A stretch of DNA of 64,000 nt. It comes from Phyllobates terribilis. Its lineage: Eukaryota. Position 1 is the stretch's first letter. Every line of letters starts with the position of its first letter. The stretch is from NCBI RefSeq assembly GCF_046119375.1, contig NW_027362761.1, positions 379,378,001 to 379,442,000 of the forward strand. The letters are read 5' to 3'. Shown piece by piece: positions 58,210 to 64,000 of the stretch. Below the pieces are notes generated by a model. It did no database searches, was not told the origin of the DNA, and saw nothing but the letters and a program-made list of their open reading frames with translations. The position numbers and the translations under genes were made by a program.

Positions 58210-60330
58210 ACATTACATGAGTGATATCTATTGTAAATTCTACAATAGCTCAGAAACTGGCGAATCCTCACAGCGCACAGTGCAGACCGGACAGTATAGT
58301 CCTCCATACAGTATTATGGTCACCACATAGTCCTCCATACAGTATTATGGGCACCATATAATGCTCCATACAGGATACTGACCCCCTTATAATGCCCCAT
58401 ACAGGATACTGGTCATCATATAATGCTCCATACAGGATACTGGTCCCCATATAACGCTTCATACAGGATACTGGTCCCCATATAACGCTCCATACAGGAT
58501 ACTGGTCCCCATATAACACTGCATACAGAATACTGGCCCCCATATAACACTCCATACAGAATACTGACCCCCATATAACGCTCCATACAGAATATTGGCC
58601 CCCATATAATGCTCCATGCAGGCTGTTCCCCCCTTATAATGCCCCATTACACGAGCGATATCTATTGTAAATTCTACAATAGCTCAGAAACCGGTGAATC
58701 TTCACAGCGCACAGTGCAGACCGGACAGTATAGTCCTCCATACAGTATTATGGTCACCACATAGTCCTCCATACAGTATTATGGGCACCATATAATGCTC
58801 CATACAGGATACTGACCCCCTTATAATGCTCCATACAGGATACTGGTCCCCATATAATGCTCCATACAGGATACTGGTCCCTATATAACGCTCCATACAG
58901 GATACTGGTCCCCATATAACACGGCATACAGAATACTGGCCCCTATAAAATGCTCCATACAGAATACTGACCCCCATATAACGCTCCATACACAATACTG
59001 ACCCCATATAACGCTCCATACAGAATACTGTCCCCCATATAACGCTCCATACAGAATACTGACCCCCATATAACACTCCATAGAGAATATTGGCCCCCAT
59101 ATAACGCTCCATGCAGGCTGTTCCCCCCTTATAATGCCCCATTACACAAGCGATATATTTGTAAATTCTACAATAGCTCAGAAACCGGCGAATCCTCACA
59201 GCGCACAGTGCAGACCGGACAGTATAGTCCTCCATACAGTATTATGGGCACCATATAATGCTCCATACAGGATACTGACCCCCTTATAATGCTCCATACA
59301 GGATACTGGTCCCCATATAATGCTCCATACAGGATACTGGTCCCCATATAACGCTCCATACAGAATACTGACCCCCATATAACACTCCATACAGAATATT
59401 GGCCCCCATGTAACGCTCCATGCAGGCTGTTCCCCCCCTTATAATGCCCCATGCAGGATGACACCCCCCTTTTAATGCCCTATGCAGGATGTCACCTCTA
59501 CCCCCCATAAAATGCCCCATGCAGGATGTCACCTCTCCCCCCCATATAATGCCCCTTGCAGGATGTCACTTCCCCCCTTTTCAATGCCCCATGCAGTATG
59601 TCAGACCACCCCCTCCCTTACAATGCCCGATGCAGGAGGTCACACCCCCCCCTCCTTATAATGCCCCATGCAGTATGTCACACACCCACCCTCCTTATAA
59701 TTCCCCATGCAGGATGTAAATTCCCCCCTCTTATAATGCCCCATGCAGGATGTCACACCCCCTCCCTTATAATGCCCCATGCAGGATGTCACACCCCCCC
59801 TCCCTTATAATGCCCCATGCAGGATGTCACTTCCCCCCTTCCCCTCTTATAATGTCCCATGCAGGATGTCACTTCCCCCTTCCCTTCTTATAATGCCCCA
59901 TGCAGGATGTCACACTCCCCCCCATCCCCATATAATGCCCCTTGCAGGATGTCAATTCCCCCCTCCCTCTCTTATAATGCCCCATGCAGGATGTCACACA
60001 CCCCCACCCCCATATAATGCCCCCATGCAGGATGTCACCCCCCCTCCCTTATAATGCCCCATGCAGGATGTCACTTCCCCCCTTCCCCTCTTATAATGCC
60101 CCATGCAGGATGTCACACACCCCCACCCCCATATAATGCCCCCATGCAGGATGTCAATTCCCACCCTCCCCCTCTTATAATGCCCCAAGCAGGATGTCAC
60201 CCCCCATATAATGCCCCATGCAGTATGTCACCCCCCATATAATGCCCCATGCAGGATGTCACCTCTCCCCCCATATAATGCCCCATGCAGGATGTCACAC
60301 CCACTCTCCCCCCACCATATAATGCCCCAT
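58210..60330. repeat. Compound minisatellite block with higher-order structure
   Basis: ~30-bp CCCCATATAACGCTCCATACAGGATACTG units (58270-59420) in three ~430-490-bp blocks, then CCCCTTATAATGCCCCATGCAGGATGTCAC units to ~60330. Confidence 0.88.
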
Positions 60331-60540
60331 GGCCCCATACATAAGAAAAAAAAAATCAAATACTCACCTCACTTCTTACCTGATGCTGATCCGGACTCCA
60401 GCATCGCCCGCGTCTTCCCGCTGTGACAGCTCAGGAGAGATCGCTCACGGTGTAAACATATCACCGCGCCCTCTGACCTGAGACGTCACAGTCAGAAGAC
60501 GCTGCGGAGGCACGGGGAGGGGTAAGTATTGTGCCGGCGC

Positions 60541-61686
60541 CGTCATCATGTCCCAGATGTGCTCAATCGGATTCAGTTCTGGGGAACGGGCGGGCCAGTC
60601 CATAGCTTCAATGCTTTCGTCTTGCAGGAACTGCTGACACACTCCAGTCACATGAAGTCTGGCATTGTCCTGCATTAGGAGGAACCCAGGGCCAACCGCA
60701 CCAGCATATGGTCTCACAAGAGGTCTGAGGATCTCATCTCGGTATCTAATGGCAGTCAGGCTACCTCTAGCGAGCACATGGAGGGCTGTGCGGCCCTCCA
60801 AAGAAATGCCACCCCACACCATTACTGACCCACTGCCAAACCGGTCATGCTGAAGGATGTTGCAGGCAGCAGGTCGCACTCCATAGCGTCTCCAGACTCT
60901 GTCACATGTGCTCAGTGTGAAGCTGCTTTCATCTGTGAAGAACACAGGGCGCCAGTGGCGACTTTGCCAATCCTGGCGTTCTGTGGCAAATGCCAAGCGT
61001 CCTGCACGGTGTTGGGCTGTGAGCACAACCTCCATCTGTGGATGTTGGGCTCTCATACCACCCTCATGGAGTTGGTTTCTAACCGTTTGTGCAGACATAT
61101 GCACATTTGTGGCCTGCTGAAGGTATGTTTTTTGCAGGGCTCTGGCAGTGCTCCTCCTGTTCCTCCTTGCACAAAGGCGGAGGTAGCAGTCCTGCTGCTG
61201 GGTTGTTGCCCTCCTATGGCCCCCTCCATGCCTCCTGTTGTACTGGCCTGTCTCCTGGTAGCGCCTCCAGCCTCTGGACACTACGCTGACAGACACAGCA
61301 AACCTTCTTGCCATAGCTCGCATTGATGTGCCATCCTGGATGAGCTGCACTACCTGAGCAACTTCTGTGGGTTGTAGAGTCCGTCTCATGCTACCGCGAG
61401 TGTGAAAGCACAACCAACATTCAAAAGTGACCCAAACATCAGCCAGAACGCATTGGTACTGAGATGTGGTCTGTGGTCCCCACCTGCAGAACCACTCCTT
61501 TATTGAGTGTGTCTTGATAATTGCCAATAATTTCCATCTATTGTCTATTCCATTTGCACAACAGCATGTGAAATTGATTGTCAATCAGTGTTGCTTCCTA
61601 AGTGAACACTTTGATTTCACAGAAGTTTGATTTACTTGGAGTTATATTCTGTTGTTTAAGTGTTCCCTTTATTTTTTTGTGCAGTG
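60541..61686 (-). mobile_element. Tc1, sibling of 7007-13610, truncated on the transposase C-terminal side
   Basis: Same [12 protein letters not shown] transposase ([24 protein letters not shown]) with small indels. End ...GTGCAGTG|TA at 61686. Confidence 0.88.
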
Positions 61687-62973
61687 TATATATAGTGTAC
61701 AGATAAATCCAGTGATGTTCTCATTGATCGTAGTCATTCACTTCTCTTTTCTCTTTCATTCAGTTCAGACTGCCATGACCACTTTTTCTTTTTCTTTCCA
61801 TGACTCGTCTCTGTGAAATACATATGTGACTTACTGCTTTTCCACCATCCAGCTCGCATTCCTCCTCCTCCATACAAACCATATAGTGCTATAACTAGTG
61901 CCCTAGGCAATAATGATGCTTCCTCTGTGCCAACACACAGTAATGTTGTCCTGAGCCTTCTTCTTGTAACAATATTAATGACCCCCTATTCTTCCTTATA
62001 ATAATGTCCCCCTTAGCTACTTTATATTAACCCATTGTGGCTCCTTAAATTAATGTCCCCATTGTGTCTACTTATAATAATACTCCCATTACTTTTCCTT
62101 ATATTAATTCTCCCTTTGTCTTTCCTTGTAGTAACCCCCCCCATTATGCCTCCTTATAATAATACCCCCATTATTCTTTTTTTATAGTAATGCCCCTCAT
62201 TGTACCTTCTTATTGCTGTAATATTGCCTCCCATTGTGCCTCGGCAAAAAATTTAACTAATATTAAATTCAAAGAAAAAGAAGAGGAGCGGATAGAGTGA
62301 GAATATTATTATCCTTTAATTTTTTCAATATTTAAACTTTGTGCAAACTTTTAAATAAATTAACTTTAGCATTTTTGCTTAAATGTGAATAGGCTATCAC
62401 AATATATATATTAAAGATGCACTCCCTCAAAGATTTTTTTTACTAAATCTATGTTTATCTGCATGTCCCAATTAGTTTATGTTCATAGGAGTATGAAATC
62501 CCACTAATAACTTCCCCCCTGAGGCCGGGGATACTGGCCGTGAATTCACACAGTCATCGACCTTGTATATGCTGTACACTGCAGCAGTGACTGTTCACGT
62601 TTCACCTGCTATACTGCGTAGTACTGTACATGGATGTTATCACAACACAATTCACGATTATGAAAGCACTAAAATAAGAAGACCACTGCAATGACTAATT
62701 TTAATTTTTCAATTATCTATTTATGACGTGCAGGAGGAAAAATAAATAAGGCAATGGAACCTCCTAGGCCTTCAGGTGTTTTTTTTTTCATCATTTAAAG
62801 GGGTTGTCTGGGACTTTTAAGTACCCAACCACAGCCAATATACAGTTGACAAAGCTGTGCTGTGAACCTCTACAACTGAGCACTTCAAGCCAAAGGTGAC
62901 ACCGGGAACAGCTGATCAGCAGAGAAGCCGGGTGTTGCACCCCTACTGATCAGATAATAGTGACCCATCCTTA

Positions 62974-63164
62974 GGCCTCGTTCACACGTTCAGTATTTGG
63001 TCAGTATTTTACATCAGTATTTGTAAGCGAAACACAAGAGTGGAACAATCAGGAAAAGTATAATAGAAACACGTCACCACTTTTGTATTTATCACCCACT
63101 CCTGGTTTTGGCTTACAAATACTGATGTAAAATACTGACCAAATGCTGAACGTGTAAACGTGGC
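62974..63164. mobile_element. Palindromic MITE (Harbinger-like)
   Basis: Arms CACGTTCAGTATTTGGTCAGTATTTTACATCAGTATTTGTAAGC and their reverse complement. Confidence 0.7.
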
Positions 63165-64000
63165 AAAAAGAAAAACCATTAATGTAAAAGTCCCAGACAT
63201 TCACTTAACACTTCTATTTGTAATTTTGTCTGTCTTTTGGTTTATCTACAAATTCAAGAAGATTTCCACTCAAAATGTAATTCTAAGTGTGGTAACCTTT
63301 ATGTTTTAATTACAGAGTACTGTAACTGTTGATTTTCACTTTAAATGCCACCATTTTTGACTTATAGATCAAAAATTGTATTTTCTTGATCCAGAACTCC
63401 AAACGCTTTGCATATGTGTTAAGCACAATAATAACATAAAATGCAGAAATCTTTATTGCAGTGGTGGTGGTGGAATAGAAAGAGTCTGTAGAGGCCAGGG
63501 AGGCGCTTGTCATGAGGATTTGAATTGTGAACACTGAGGACAAGATGCCATTTAGGTCACCACTATAAAAGAGAAAGGTGATTTGCAATTGGTTTAATTC
63601 TTGGTGGACAAAAGAGAGAAGAATCAGCCCTGATTAAAACTTTCTGGCGAAGGGCTTTTGAGATAAGTGAATGTCCATTAGGTGGAGAATTAAAGAAGCA
63701 CTCCTCCTCCCAGCAAAGTTTTTATCCTCTTAATATATTGTAGTCATCATATTATATATCACTGTGTACTTAAAATTGGTCATTTTGTCCTTCTAACCAA
63801 ATAATTCTTCTCTTTTTCATTAGGTCTAAGACATCATGTGATTGAAAACAGATTAGCTGAATCCTTCTTAGTTCTATGTAGAAACAGAGACTTCCTTTTT
63901 CTACATAGTGCAGAGAAAAGAAAAGAATTAACTGGGTAGAAAGGAAAAATGAGCAATTAAAAGTAAAAAGTGCCATATAATATAATGACTGCAATATATT

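Noticed and set aside
58270-60330. CRISPR-like repeat-spacer array
   Set aside because: Eukaryotic context, no cas genes, and units are tandem minisatellites without unique equal-length spacers.
63310-63588. Minus-strand ORF with acceptor and AATAAA, or SUSD2 exon 10
   Set aside because: No similarity to the expected vWD continuation on the plus strand and no recognisable product on the minus strand.

Overview
AT-rich, repeat-dense vertebrate genomic DNA. The repeat repertoire (Tc1, Neptune-type Penelope, sushi-like Ty3/gypsy, hAT/Harbinger MITEs) suggests a frog genome; this is inference. One host gene is recognisable on the + strand: SUSD2 (SMB-AMOP-vWD protein). Eight consecutive coding exons (called 2-9 by the human gene) lie at 18252-57092 with GT-AG boundaries and compatible phases. 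Exon 1 and exons 10 onward were not found. Introns are inflated by nested transposons: at least 9 Tc1-type copies or fragments, a decayed chromodomain-bearing sushi-like gypsy element, a Penelope-like element, a 4.2-kb TTAA element, MITEs and minisatellites. The standout is a pair of independently inserted ~5-kb LTR elements (7113-12163 and 49292-54255). Each has 1.3-kb TG..CA LTRs, a 4-bp TSD, a tRNA-Ser PBS and a PPT. They have no gag capsid, protease, RT or integrase. Instead they carry one ~540-aa ORF ending in a cold-shock domain (CSD). Between the two copies the CSD region shows 13 synonymous and 2 non-synonymous changes, which suggests a non-autonomous retroelement family that keeps a nucleic-acid-binding protein under selection.
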